Counted from the first letter of the stretch, positions 38,260 through 48,124 are shown. The stretch is DNA of 64,000 nucleotides from Bacilli bacterium (GCA_017409905.1 JAFQRV010000022.1:4383-68382), one strand, 5' to 3'. Program-made: numbers and translations. Notes: generated from the letters alone by a model not told the origin.

Positions 38260-39027
38260 CTAGATGATTATTTTATTAACTACTCCTAAACAATTATATT
38301 CTTTCATCTTTTCTTTAAATTCCATAGGATCACCTGTAGTGTATATTGTAGTTGTTGGATTGACTACTTTATTTAAATCGAGTTTTTCGTTTAAATAATT
38401 TACTACTACTTCATCAGAAGTTATATAATTAATATTTCCTAAATACTTTTTATAATAATCTATTACGTAACCAAAGTGTGTACATCCACAAATTAAAGTA
38501 TCAATATTTGTATTTTTGAAATAAGTAAACTTTTCTTTTAATGATTCATTTAATTTAGTTGAATACTCTTCTTTTGTTAAAACATTTTTACTTTCGATAA
38601 TATCAACTAATTCACTATATTTTAATGGATATACAGTAGTATTTAAGTTTGTTAAGTATTCTTGATATTTACCAAGTTCAATTGTTAGATTGGTTGCGAT
38701 AACACCAATTTTTTTATTTTTTGAGATATTTGCTGCATGAATACTAGTTAATCTGATTATTTCGTAAACATTATCATATCGTTCTTCTAATAAACCATAA
38801 ATTGAAGAAGCAGTGTTACACGCAATTACAATAGCTTTTGAATCTTTAAAGTATTCAATTATTTCTTTAATTCTTTTCTTTAAGAATTCGATTGATTTAG
38901 TTCCATAAGGAAGATTTAATTCATCCGCAATATAAATATAGTTTTCATTTGGATATTTTGTTCTTAAAGCATTAAAAATATTTAATCCTCCAAGACCTGA
39001 GTCAAATACTACTATTTTGTCTTTCAT
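38260..39027 (-). CDS. murI: Glutamate racemase
   Basis: 255 aa with VFDSGLGGL and the catalytic Cys motifs IACNTAS and CGCTHF. Confidence 0.9.
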   Translation of the reverse strand: MKDKIVVFDSGLGGLNIFNALRTKYPNENYIYIADELNLPYGTKSIEFLKKRIKEIIEYFKDSKAIVIACNTASSIYGLLEERYDNVYEIIRLTSIHAANISKNKKIGVIATNLTIELGKYQEYLTNLNTTVYPLKYSELVDIIESKNVLTKEEYSTKLNESLKEKFTYFKNTNIDTLICGCTHFGYVIDYYKKYLGNINYITSDEVVVNYLNEKLDLNKVVNPTTTIYTTGDPMEFKEKMKEYNCLGVVNKIII

Positions 39028-39029
39028 AA

Positions 39030-41342
39030 TTAACCTCTTCTAAAACCAATAATATCTGCTAAAACCCAAAGATATTTACCAGTTGTATGGCCCCAAATTT
39101 CTTTATATACTGCTTGTGTGGCAGTTGGCCAATATGGTTCATCTGATTCATTTAGTGTTTCAATACCAACCGGAAGTGCTCCAACCATTTGTGGGGAGAA
39201 TGCTACATATAATGGATGATAATTATGCCCTTCTCCATACATTGTTGATGAAGCAAATGGATTTCTTCCAAACATCCATTCAAATTGGTCAATACAAATT
39301 TGTTTTAATTCTTCATCTTGAAGAATTCTCGCAATCATCGATACAGCTTTTGTTTTACTAAGTAATGTTGCATGGAATCCTCTTCTTTGAATTGAAACAG
39401 GTAGTTTTCTTAAATATACATTTTCTTCTATCTTTCTTCCACATTTAGCTTGATTTTGTAATTTAATTAAAGCCTCTGGAATTGTACCATATTGTGGAGG
39501 AACAGTGAATCTTTCCATATTAAATTTATCTAATATATATATATGTCCTGGTAACATTCCATATGGATATGCTTCATCTTTAGTCTTAATTATATATTCT
39601 TTATATAACTTAATACAATTCTCATATTCTCGGTAATGAATGGATTTTTTATAAACTTCCATTAATTTAACAATTCCATGAATTGGTGATTGTTCGTGAC
39701 CCCTATGTTCATAAGTTAAGATATATTTATGAAGAGGATCTTCATAGAAGAATCCTTTAATCTTTTCTTCTCCAAGCCCTATTGTTTCTTGACAAGACAT
39801 AACAATTTGTGCATACTCTTCTGAAATCTTTAAATAAGTTTCATCTTTTGTTTCTAAATATAATTCACAAGCAGCTAGGATTCCGTGACCAGCAACTTGT
39901 GAGTCAACATTTGTTCCCCAACGTTTTGTATGAATTCCTTGTTTATATCCAACATAGGCAAATTTAAAATCTTCAATAGCACTTCGTCTACACCAATCAC
40001 TAAAGATTGGATCAATTTCTTTAAACATTATAGCGGCTTTTGCTTCTGCAGCACTTGCTGTGAAGTTTTCAAATGGACCATTTTCCGCAACACTCTTTTT
40101 TGTTCCTTCATCATCAACTGTTAATACATTATCACGCCATACATTATAAAGTACAGCCATTGCCCGTTGACCATCACCAAATCTAGTTCTAAGTAACCAG
40201 TTAATTCCAACTCTTGCTTCTTCTAAAAGTCTTAAATATAAATCATAATCTTTTTCTTTATAAACTTCTGCTAAATCTAAAATAGCATGAGCCATTTCAG
40301 CAGTACATATTTCGAATTGTGATACGTCTCCCGCATCATGCCATCCGCCAAAGTTTGGTACACTTCTACCGTCTTCATGGATAGTTCGACAATTTAAATG
40401 ACATGGACTATGAACTCCTGGGACATCTTCTCCACATCTTAGTAATCTTAAGAAGTTCATACTCTTCCAAATTGAAGAATCATAACATAATCCACTAATA
40501 TCAAATAAAGGGGTTTGAATATTACCAACTTTTAAATAATATTCTCCTTCTTTTCTTATTTCACTAAAATCTAAAATAGTAAAACTTCCTAAATCATTTA
40601 GAATATTTTTAACTTCTTTTTCTAATACTAATTCATTATTAGAATTAAATAATTTAAAAGTATTTACATCTTGTTTACATACCGCAATCTTTTTAGCATT
40701 TGGAAAATAACCAACATGAGAGTATGCAATTCTATCTTCAATATCCCAACCTAAATCATAATCAACATCAACAATATCTGCTGTAATACTGTCTATATAA
40801 AATTCCACACCACTAAGAGCCTCTGGTGGTGTTCCCATCATAAAGCAAGCAATTTGTAAAGCTTTAACTTTATCTCTTTTTAATTTATCAATTTCCCAAA
40901 CAACATGATTCCATTTATTTGGTGTAACACTAGGTGCATTATGTAATGTAGTATTATCATTTACAATTCCAAAGTGACAATAAAAATTAGTAAATCCAAT
41001 AGCTTTTGGATATACATGAAAACTTAGACGATTATATTTTTCTAAATTTATGTTATCTAAATTAACTTGCATACTAATAACTGGTCTTGGTCCTACTTTT
41101 ATTACTGTCGTATCACCTTTCATCATGAAACTTGCATTATTAGTTTTATATAAATCATGAGAAATAGTATATTCTACTCCTTCTTTAATTGTTACATTAT
41201 TTATATTAGTTCCATCATATAAAACAATCGAATCTTTTACTTTTTTATTAATCCATCTAGTATTCGCATCTTCTTCTAAATTAGCTTTCATGAATAAATG
41301 AGCATTCATACTAGTTCTTTTTAATTCATCAAGTTTTTTCAT
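39030..41342 (-). CDS. Cytoplasmic GH9-like (alpha/alpha)6-barrel glycoside hydrolase family protein with an N-terminal beta-sandwich region
   Basis: 770 aa with no signal peptide. GGWHDAGDVSQFE matches the GH9 GGWYDAGD motif. FGRNPFASSTMYGEGHNYHP resembles the GH9 C-terminal block, but the HHR triad is not evident. Confidence 0.5.
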   Translation of the reverse strand: MKKLDELKRTSMNAHLFMKANLEEDANTRWINKKVKDSIVLYDGTNINNVTIKEGVEYTISHDLYKTNNASFMMKGDTTVIKVGPRPVISMQVNLDNINLEKYNRLSFHVYPKAIGFTNFYCHFGIVNDNTTLHNAPSVTPNKWNHVVWEIDKLKRDKVKALQIACFMMGTPPEALSGVEFYIDSITADIVDVDYDLGWDIEDRIAYSHVGYFPNAKKIAVCKQDVNTFKLFNSNNELVLEKEVKNILNDLGSFTILDFSEIRKEGEYYLKVGNIQTPLFDISGLCYDSSIWKSMNFLRLLRCGEDVPGVHSPCHLNCRTIHEDGRSVPNFGGWHDAGDVSQFEICTAEMAHAILDLAEVYKEKDYDLYLRLLEEARVGINWLLRTRFGDGQRAMAVLYNVWRDNVLTVDDEGTKKSVAENGPFENFTASAAEAKAAIMFKEIDPIFSDWCRRSAIEDFKFAYVGYKQGIHTKRWGTNVDSQVAGHGILAACELYLETKDETYLKISEEYAQIVMSCQETIGLGEEKIKGFFYEDPLHKYILTYEHRGHEQSPIHGIVKLMEVYKKSIHYREYENCIKLYKEYIIKTKDEAYPYGMLPGHIYILDKFNMERFTVPPQYGTIPEALIKLQNQAKCGRKIEENVYLRKLPVSIQRRGFHATLLSKTKAVSMIARILQDEELKQICIDQFEWMFGRNPFASSTMYGEGHNYHPLYVAFSPQMVGALPVGIETLNESDEPYWPTATQAVYKEIWGHTTGKYLWVLADIIGFRRG

Positions 41343-41447
41343 AAAACACCTCTGTTCAATAGTATTATAACATAGCCTAGATAATCTGTCACTAGAACCT
41401 TATCTCTTTTTTAGAAAACTTTTGTATATCTAATTATATCATAAAAT

Positions 41448-41471
41448 AAAAAAGTCGTAATACTTTACGAC
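41448..41471 (-). terminator. Rho-independent terminator after ORF 41465-42169
   Basis: The stem GTCGTAA/TTACGAC encloses the stop codon and is followed by U6 on the minus strand. Confidence 0.6.
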
Positions 41472-42169
41472 CTTTTTTGAACAAAAAATATTTTTTGATA
41501 GAAATATCCAATTAATAAAACTAAATTTAATCCAACAAAATAAATCAGTGTTGATAAATATTTATTTTTTACTAAAACTATATTGTAAATATTATGATTA
41601 CCGTAGAGATTTAAACCAAAAAATGAAGTTTTAAAAATAAAATTTAATATTAACATTATGATTGCTACAAAAACTATAAATATTGAGCTAATTGTAACCA
41701 TTTTTTTATTTAATTCTATTTGTTTAGTTTTTATTAAATAAATACCAAATAATGAAAGTAAAAAATGAGCTAAAGTATCAAAAAATATTGTTAGATGAAA
41801 TTTATAATTTCTTAAATAATTTCCAATAAAACTGAAACTTCCCGCAATCACCATTCCTAAAGATAAAAGGCAAACTAGAGTGTATATTACCTTTTTAACT
41901 TTTTTTGGTAAAAATAATGAAATAAATACTAAATTAAACATAAATGGGCTAACATTTGCTGTAGGTAAAGTATTTTGGAAATTCCAATCTTTAACTCCCA
42001 CATTTATAAGCATTCTAATTACTACAAATAAATATAAAGAATATATTAGTAAAATAAATATTATATTTACTATTTTAGTTTTTTTAAGTTTATCTATATA
42101 AAATATACCTATTATATATAATGGTACCAAAACAATCAATGAAATCAAATATAACATTATATATTGCAC
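41465..42169 (-). CDS. Hypothetical polytopic membrane protein
   Basis: 234 aa with about seven hydrophobic helices. It overlaps the end of nadE by 13 nt. I did not recognise its family with confidence; it may be YwaF-like. Confidence 0.5.
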   Translation of the reverse strand: MQYIMLYLISLIVLVPLYIIGIFYIDKLKKTKIVNIIFILLIYSLYLFVVIRMLINVGVKDWNFQNTLPTANVSPFMFNLVFISLFLPKKVKKVIYTLVCLLSLGMVIAGSFSFIGNYLRNYKFHLTIFFDTLAHFLLSLFGIYLIKTKQIELNKKMVTISSIFIVFVAIIMLILNFIFKTSFFGLNLYGNHNIYNIVLVKNKYLSTLIYFVGLNLVLLIGYFYQKIFFVQKRS

Positions 42170-42900
42170 TCATATTTAAAAGATGGCATTAACTCTAGTT
42201 TAAATTGATTTATTCTATGTAAATAATCAATTCTTTCTTTCTTTTCTTTTACTGGTTCTATACCCATTCTTATATATTTATCTAATTCTTCATAAGTAAA
42301 ACCTAAACGATCTTCATCAGTATAACCACATAATCCATCACTAGGAACCTTGTTTACTAAGAAAATTGGAAGTTTTAAATAAGCACCTATTTGTTTTACT
42401 TCAGTTACTGTAAAATGTGATAATGGCGAAAAATCACCCACAGAATCACCATATCTAGTAGAATAACCAACCCAATCTTCTGATAAATTACAAGTATTAA
42501 CAACTCTGCCATTTAATGATTGTGATACTGCATAAATCATAGACATTCTAATTCTTGGATTTAAATTAATTTTTGTTTGTTCTGAAATTTCCATTTGACT
42601 TGATAATGCCATATGTGCTGCATCAACCATTTCTTTAATATTAACTTCGTAATACTTAATACCTAAATGACGACAAATAGCATAGGCATCTTCAATATCT
42701 TCTTGAATACCATTAGGTAATAATACACCAATTACTCTATCTTTTCCAAGAGCTTCTACACAAAGTGCTGCAGCAACACTTGAATCTTTGCCACCAGAAA
42801 TTCCAAGTACCGCATTACAACCTTTACCATTCTTATCAAAAAAATCTCTTATCCATTCAATACACTTATTTGTTGCATCAACTACATCAAATTTATACAT
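42157..42900 (-). CDS. nadE: NH3-dependent NAD+ synthetase
   Basis: 247 aa with the PP-loop LGISGGKDSSVAA and a NadE-type C-terminal region. Confidence 0.85.
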   Translation of the reverse strand: MYKFDVVDATNKCIEWIRDFFDKNGKGCNAVLGISGGKDSSVAAALCVEALGKDRVIGVLLPNGIQEDIEDAYAICRHLGIKYYEVNIKEMVDAAHMALSSQMEISEQTKINLNPRIRMSMIYAVSQSLNGRVVNTCNLSEDWVGYSTRYGDSVGDFSPLSHFTVTEVKQIGAYLKLPIFLVNKVPSDGLCGYTDEDRLGFTYEELDKYIRMGIEPVKEKKERIDYLHRINQFKLELMPSFKYECNI

Positions 42901-42908
42901 AATGCCTC

Positions 42909-43478
42909 CTATAATATTTCTATTAAATATTCAATAAAAGTTTTTAAGCCAATAATAATTAATATTATACCACCAACTATTTCAGCTTTAGATCCTAATT
43001 TATCTCCAAACTTTTTACCAATTAATACGCAACCAAAAGAAATCATAAAAGTTACTATTCCAATAATAACTGATGCAAGAATTGCGGTTGAATGACCTTT
43101 ACCAACAAATATCAAACCAACAGTTAAAGCATCAATAGAAGTTGCGATAGCTTGAATCACCAATCCACTTAATGATAAATTAGTTTCTTCTTTTTCTTCA
43201 TCACTATCTTTAATTCCTTCATAAATCATTTTACCCCCAATAAATGCTAAAAGAATTAAAGCAATCCATGGAGTAAACTTTGAAATTAATTCAGTAAAAA
43301 TACTCCCCGCAAAATAACCAATAAGGGGCATTAATAACTGAAATGCTCCAAAAAATAAAGATATTAGTATTATTTTTTTAATTTTCATTTTAGGTTCAGC
43401 TAAACCATTTCCCATCGCAACAGCTCCAGCATCCATTGCTAGACCAATACCTAAAAATATCATCTGTATAATACCCAT
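42909..43478 (-). CDS. mntP: Manganese efflux pump MntP
   Basis: 189 aa with a duplicated DUF204 layout and conserved acidic residues in TM helices (GLAMDAGAV and ATSIDALTVG). Confidence 0.85.
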   Translation of the reverse strand: MGIIQMIFLGIGLAMDAGAVAMGNGLAEPKMKIKKIILISLFFGAFQLLMPLIGYFAGSIFTELISKFTPWIALILLAFIGGKMIYEGIKDSDEEKEETNLSLSGLVIQAIATSIDALTVGLIFVGKGHSTAILASVIIGIVTFMISFGCVLIGKKFGDKLGSKAEIVGGIILIIIGLKTFIEYLIEIL

Positions 43479-43489
43479 ACTTTACCTCA

Positions 43490-43975
43490 CTACCAATCGA
43501 CAATTATTGGTCTTACAATAAATGGAACTACTGCCATTACAAGCATTGTAATTAATGCACCTGTACCTATTTGACTATATATAAACATTGGAACAAAGAC
43601 AATTAAAAGAGCATCTACAAAATACATTATTAGTGATACTAAACCTAATTTACCTAAATCTTCATAACCAATATAAGAATATGCATTCCTTTTTAAACCA
43701 ATTAAATAACCAATATAAGAACAAACATATAAAACCAATAATAACACAATAACAGGATATTGTTTAATAACATAGAATAAACTTCTTTCATATATTCGAT
43801 CTCTTTCCCTTATTTTTAAACATTCATAATCCTCACAATAATGCCAACTACAATAATGTCTATCAGCACAATATGTTTCATGAACTTCTTCTTTAGCATA
43901 ATTAAATGACAGAAGAAAAATAAGTGGAAGAATACCTAAAAATATTAAAGATAAATATATTTTAAAAGTTTTCAT
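43490..43975 (-). CDS. Hypothetical membrane protein with a Cys/His-rich extracytoplasmic loop
   Basis: 161 aa. An N-terminal signal-anchor is followed by HETYCADRHYCSWHYCEDYECLK and then three to four TM helices. It ends 11 nt upstream of mntP. Confidence 0.5.
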   Translation of the reverse strand: MKTFKIYLSLIFLGILPLIFLLSFNYAKEEVHETYCADRHYCSWHYCEDYECLKIRERDRIYERSLFYVIKQYPVIVLLLVLYVCSYIGYLIGLKRNAYSYIGYEDLGKLGLVSLIMYFVDALLIVFVPMFIYSQIGTGALITMLVMAVVPFIVRPIIVDW

Positions 43976-43998
43976 AAATAGTCCTTTTCTTTTTAATA

Positions 43999-44027
43999 AT
44001 TATATCACTTTTCTTGTTTTTCTTCAA
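43999..44027 (-). promoter_or_regulatory. Candidate sigma-A promoter for the 43975-41465 gene block
   Basis: The minus strand reads TTGAAG-17 nt-TATAAT, about 23 nt upstream of the ATG at 43975. Confidence 0.4.
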
Positions 44028-44067
44028 CTAATGTATATATCTAAAATAGCTTAACTTATGCCATATT

Positions 44068-44096
44068 TTGACTTTTTTCTCCTAATGTGATATAAT
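44068..44096 (+). promoter_or_regulatory. Candidate sigma-A promoter for the GNAT-like/GtrA gene pair
   Basis: The plus strand reads TTGACT-17 nt-TATAAT, 37 nt upstream of the ATG at 44134, with RBS AAAGGAG between. Confidence 0.5.
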
Positions 44097-44133
44097 TAAA
44101 ACACTATGACTTAATTAACTAAAGGAGATTTAT

Positions 44134-45258
44134 ATGAGTATAGTTATTAAAGAGGTAGTGGGAAAAAAAGATTTAAAGAAGTTTATTGATTTTCCTAATA
44201 AACTTTATAAAAAAAATGAATACTATGTACCATTCTTATTTAGTGATGAAATGGCTACATTTACTAAAAAATCTAATCCAGCTTATGCCTTTTGTGAAAC
44301 TAAATTATTTTTAGCTTATATTGATAATAAAATAGTTGGTAGAATTGCTGGATTAATTAATAATGCCGCAAACGAAAAATGGGGAACTAATACTATTCGT
44401 TTCACGAGATTTGATTTCATTGATGATTTCGAAGTCTCTAAAGCCCTTATGGATAAAGTAATATCTTGGGGTAAAGAAAGAGGATTTACATCAATTATGG
44501 GTCCTATTGGATTTACTGATTTAGATCATGAAGGAATGTTAGTAGAAGGTTTTGAAGAAATGAATATGTCTATTACTTTCTATAATGCTCCATACTATAT
44601 TGAACATATGCAAAGACTTGGTTTCTTCAAAGAAGTTGACTGGGTTGAATATCAAGTAAGCATCCCACAAGAAACACATGATAAAATTATTAGAGTATCT
44701 GAGCGTATTAAAGAAAGATATGGCTATAAACTTGTTCAATATAAGAGTAGAAAAGTTTTAATGAAAGAAGCTTATACCGCATTTAGTGTAATTGATGAAG
44801 CCTTTTCTAAACTATTTGGAACAGTTCCACTAACACAAGAAATTATTGATAAATCGATTAAAGATTACATTCCAATTGTTAATCTTAAATATATATGTAC
44901 AATTAAAGATAAAGATGATAAGATTGTCGGATTTGGTCTACTTGTACCATCAATCGCAAAAGCTCTTAAAAAATCAAATGGTAGAATGTTCCCATTTGGT
45001 GTATTTAGATTATTAAAAGCTTTACAAGGTAAAAATGATATTTTAGAAATGTTCTTAATCGGTATTAGCCCTGAAGAACAATCTAAAGGTTTACCTGCTA
45101 TTATGCTAGCTGAGCTTGCTAAAATGTGTAAAAAGAACAATATCAAATACTGTGAAACAGGACCTGAGCTTGAAAACAATTTAGCTGTTCAAAGTTTATG
45201 GAAAACATTTGAAACTAGACAACATAAACGTCGTAGATGTTGGAAAAAAGAAATCTAA
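44134..45258 (+). CDS. GNAT-fold acyltransferase family protein (about 370-aa type)
   Basis: 374 aa. The N-terminal IKEVVGKKDLKKFIDFPNKLYKKNEYYVPFLFSDE...IVGRIAGLINNAANEKW matches a widespread family, annotated as GNAT, that I recall from gut anaerobes. No search was run. Confidence 0.5.
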   Translation: MSIVIKEVVGKKDLKKFIDFPNKLYKKNEYYVPFLFSDEMATFTKKSNPAYAFCETKLFLAYIDNKIVGRIAGLINNAANEKWGTNTIRFTRFDFIDDFEVSKALMDKVISWGKERGFTSIMGPIGFTDLDHEGMLVEGFEEMNMSITFYNAPYYIEHMQRLGFFKEVDWVEYQVSIPQETHDKIIRVSERIKERYGYKLVQYKSRKVLMKEAYTAFSVIDEAFSKLFGTVPLTQEIIDKSIKDYIPIVNLKYICTIKDKDDKIVGFGLLVPSIAKALKKSNGRMFPFGVFRLLKALQGKNDILEMFLIGISPEEQSKGLPAIMLAELAKMCKKNNIKYCETGPELENNLAVQSLWKTFETRQHKRRRCWKKEI

Positions 45259-45259
45259 G

Positions 45260-45679
45260 ATGAAAAAAGATTTTAAAGAACTAATTCGTGCTATTAAATT
45301 TACTTTAATTTCGATTAGTGCAGGAATTATCCAAGTAGCATCATATGCTTTAATAAGAATCTTTTCGAAATTCCCTGAAGGCACTTGGCAAGATTATGTT
45401 ATTGCCTATACTCCAAGTTTATTACTTTCAGTAATTTGGAATTTCACAATCAATCGAAAAATCACCTTTAAATCATCTAACAATGTTACAAAATCAATGA
45501 TTTTAGTATTATTATTCTACTTAGTATTTACACCAGTTTCAACTATACTAGGTGGAATTTGTGTAGAACATAATATTAATGCTGATTTAGTGTTTGTTAT
45601 AACTTTAATTCTTAACTTTGTTTTAGAATTCTTATATTGTAGGTTTATTGTCTATAGAAATAGTTGTGATACAAATTAA
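45260..45679 (+). CDS. GtrA family membrane protein
   Basis: The start is set at the ATG at 45260, 1 nt after the upstream stop; the track start at 45209 overlaps the previous gene. The protein has four TM helices and the GtrA motif WNFTINRKITFKS. Confidence 0.75.
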   Translation: MKKDFKELIRAIKFTLISISAGIIQVASYALIRIFSKFPEGTWQDYVIAYTPSLLLSVIWNFTINRKITFKSSNNVTKSMILVLLFYLVFTPVSTILGGICVEHNINADLVFVITLILNFVLEFLYCRFIVYRNSCDTN

Positions 45680-45682
45680 AAT

Positions 45683-45718
45683 ACTTAAATGAATTTTTTT
45701 CATTTAAGTCTTTTTTTT
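45683..45718. terminator. Bidirectional terminator between the GtrA gene and ORF 45717-46649
   Basis: The stem ACTTAAATGA/TCATTTAAGT is followed by T8 on the plus strand. Confidence 0.65.
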
Positions 45719-46649
45719 ATTTCTTCTTTTTATCTTTATTTCTCTTATCACTAATAATCTTCATTTCTTTTTCAGTTATTAGTGTACAATTATTTTCTTT
45801 TGCCCAATCAACACAACCTTTTAAAACTAATTTTAAGAATGGTCTTGGAACTTTCACAATTGTTAACAAAGCATCATCAGTAAATTTAACTACATCATCA
45901 GCACGATCTGCCGCATATCTAATAGAAGTTAAATCAACTTCTTTATCAGGTATTCCTTCATAATCAGCTTTTTTATATCCAGAACACCAGAAATTTTTTG
46001 AATCTCTATATCCCCAGTTAGTTGGTAGTGGACAGAAATTCTTCTTTGTAACCCCATTAATAATTGCATCATAGTATTTATCTTTCATTAAAATATGATC
46101 AATTTTTAAAATGAAATGCGCACCATATTTTGATGTAATACCATTAAAATTATGATATGGTCCATTATATTCTTCTTGAACTTGATCGTTTTCAGCACCA
46201 TCTAATTCTTTTACCCAAGTACATTCGAATACTTGTAAAGCCTCACTTATTACTTTGGGATATTGATTATCTGGATCATTAGAACAAGATAAACCTTCTT
46301 CTAAATGAAACTTAAATTCTTTCATTTTTTCTTCAGGTGTATCACCAGGGAATCCTAAACGAACATGTTCTTTAAAGATTTTTTTAGAATATGGTAAAAA
46401 GTTAATAGTACATTTACCTGTTCTTAAAATATGTTTTGCGGTATTAGAATTATTTCTTACCTCTAAAACCATCGCATAATAATCTTTACCAGCAATATAA
46501 TATGGAAAACATAAAGAATATGCACCAAAACTAGTGTTTCCCTTTTCATCAAGGGTTCCAATTAAAGTAAGTGGCATTGGAAAAAACGCTGATGATTGAT
46601 AAAAATTATCAACTATTCTTAAATCCTTAAAACTACTCATATAATTCAT
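45717..46649 (-). CDS. Flavin-reductase-like (FMN-binding split-barrel) domain protein with a C-terminal extension
   Basis: 310 aa. FFPMPLTLIGTLDEKGNTSFGAYSL...GKCTINFLP resembles the Flavin_Reduct domain. It overlaps the upstream Wzy_C-like gene by 17 nt. Confidence 0.45.
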   Translation of the reverse strand: MNYMSSFKDLRIVDNFYQSSAFFPMPLTLIGTLDEKGNTSFGAYSLCFPYYIAGKDYYAMVLEVRNNSNTAKHILRTGKCTINFLPYSKKIFKEHVRLGFPGDTPEEKMKEFKFHLEEGLSCSNDPDNQYPKVISEALQVFECTWVKELDGAENDQVQEEYNGPYHNFNGITSKYGAHFILKIDHILMKDKYYDAIINGVTKKNFCPLPTNWGYRDSKNFWCSGYKKADYEGIPDKEVDLTSIRYAADRADDVVKFTDDALLTIVKVPRPFLKLVLKGCVDWAKENNCTLITEKEMKIISDKRNKDKKKK

Positions 46650-48063
46650 CTTCTTTCTTAAAACTTATTTTTTTATATGGTAAACATTCAAAAGCAACAA
46701 ATAAAACTCCATAATGTAAACCAGGTCCAAAATTAAACAATTGACAATCTAATAAACTATTTAGTAAGATTGCACAAATTGAGATTGTAATAAATATTTT
46801 CTCAAGAGTAATCTTCTTAAATAATAAAATAATTGTTTCAATTCTGTGATAACCATAACATAACAATCCAATAATACCAGTACTAGCTAAAAATTGAACA
46901 ATAGTATTATGGTATCTAGGAGCAAGAAAAGCACTTTTATCAAAGTATAATACTGGTGCATAATCAAAGTCATAAAAGCCATTACCTATAAGAGGAGATT
47001 CTTTAAATGATTTTAAACCATTCTTATAAATATTAAATCTTCCACTATCATTAAGCCCTTTATCAGCTAAATCACCAAATACTTCCATCAAGTAATCATT
47101 ACAAGATAAGATAATAATTACAGTAATTATTGTTAATAAAAGTGTTGTAATAACATTATACATTCTTTCTTTTTTCTTAGAGAATATTATTGTAAATAGT
47201 GTACCTATAAAACTTAAAAGTATTCCAACTAAAATAGAATTTCTGCTTTGTGTTAAAATTACAAATCCGACAATAAGACCTGCTAATATATTAAATATCC
47301 AACCATTCTTTTTAGTTGCGGCTAAATAATATACTACACCAATACATGTACAAATTACACCACCTACATTGTTGTATACTCCCCATCCAGTATAAATTTC
47401 TCTTCTATGAAATTCAAGTGCTTCCCAATCAAACATTATATACGAATATAAAGTTTCAACTCCCACACCAAGACCAATAAATAAGAAAACATAAGCTAAA
47501 TAGTCTAATTTCATTTTATCCCAATCAACAGTATAAAATAAATAGAAATAACATACACACAAAGTAAACCCAACTAATAAACCATACAATACAGTTCTTA
47601 AACTATAATCATCAGTAAAAACTCCGCCAAGCATCATACCAAGAGTAAGTAGTACAAAACCAATAAGTAATTTTGGCTTACGATTAATCTTACGATATTT
47701 TAAATCCATAATTAATCTTAAAGTTAAACCGACCAATAGAATTAAACCAATAATAATCATATTAATTAAAAAAGTTTTACTTGTTAATATTGATTCTTTA
47801 TTGTAAATTGGAGTTTCATTTTTAGAAACAGTCATATATCCAGTACATATTAATGGAATTGTTGGAAACATGTCATCACAAAAAAACATTATACAAAGTC
47901 CTAACACTGTATAAATATAATATGTTAATATTTCCAATCCAAAAAGGAAAGAAACTAACATTAATACTACGGATAATACAATAAAATAAATAGATTTTAA
48001 AAACTTGTTAAACAAATTAATTATTTTATTATTACTAAAGTTAGGTATCCAATAATTTAACAT
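46633..48063 (-). CDS. O-antigen ligase/polymerase-like (Wzy_C domain) polytopic membrane protein
   Basis: 476 aa with about 12 TM helices, the loop motif LTQSRNSILVGILL, and a periplasmic-type loop typical of the Wzy_C/O-antigen-ligase family. Confidence 0.55.
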   Translation of the reverse strand: MLNYWIPNFSNNKIINLFNKFLKSIYFIVLSVVLMLVSFLFGLEILTYYIYTVLGLCIMFFCDDMFPTIPLICTGYMTVSKNETPIYNKESILTSKTFLINMIIIGLILLVGLTLRLIMDLKYRKINRKPKLLIGFVLLTLGMMLGGVFTDDYSLRTVLYGLLVGFTLCVCYFYLFYTVDWDKMKLDYLAYVFLFIGLGVGVETLYSYIMFDWEALEFHRREIYTGWGVYNNVGGVICTCIGVVYYLAATKKNGWIFNILAGLIVGFVILTQSRNSILVGILLSFIGTLFTIIFSKKKERMYNVITTLLLTIITVIIILSCNDYLMEVFGDLADKGLNDSGRFNIYKNGLKSFKESPLIGNGFYDFDYAPVLYFDKSAFLAPRYHNTIVQFLASTGIIGLLCYGYHRIETIILLFKKITLEKIFITISICAILLNSLLDCQLFNFGPGLHYGVLFVAFECLPYKKISFKKEDELYE

Positions 48064-48095
48064 AACTATACCTCTTTTATTATTAATACCTATTT

Positions 48096-48124
48096 AGTAT
48101 ACTACTTATTTTTAAAACTTTCAA
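48096..48124 (-). promoter_or_regulatory. Candidate sigma-A promoter for the Wzy_C-like gene
   Basis: The minus strand reads TTGAAA-17 nt-TATACT, 32 nt upstream of the ATG at 48063 and just downstream of the giant-gene terminator. Confidence 0.4.

Noticed and set aside
43976-44133. Looked for a yybP-ykoY manganese riboswitch upstream of the mntP-containing block
   Set aside because: The 158-nt region shows only divergent sigma-A-like promoters. None of the conserved riboswitch core sequences are present.
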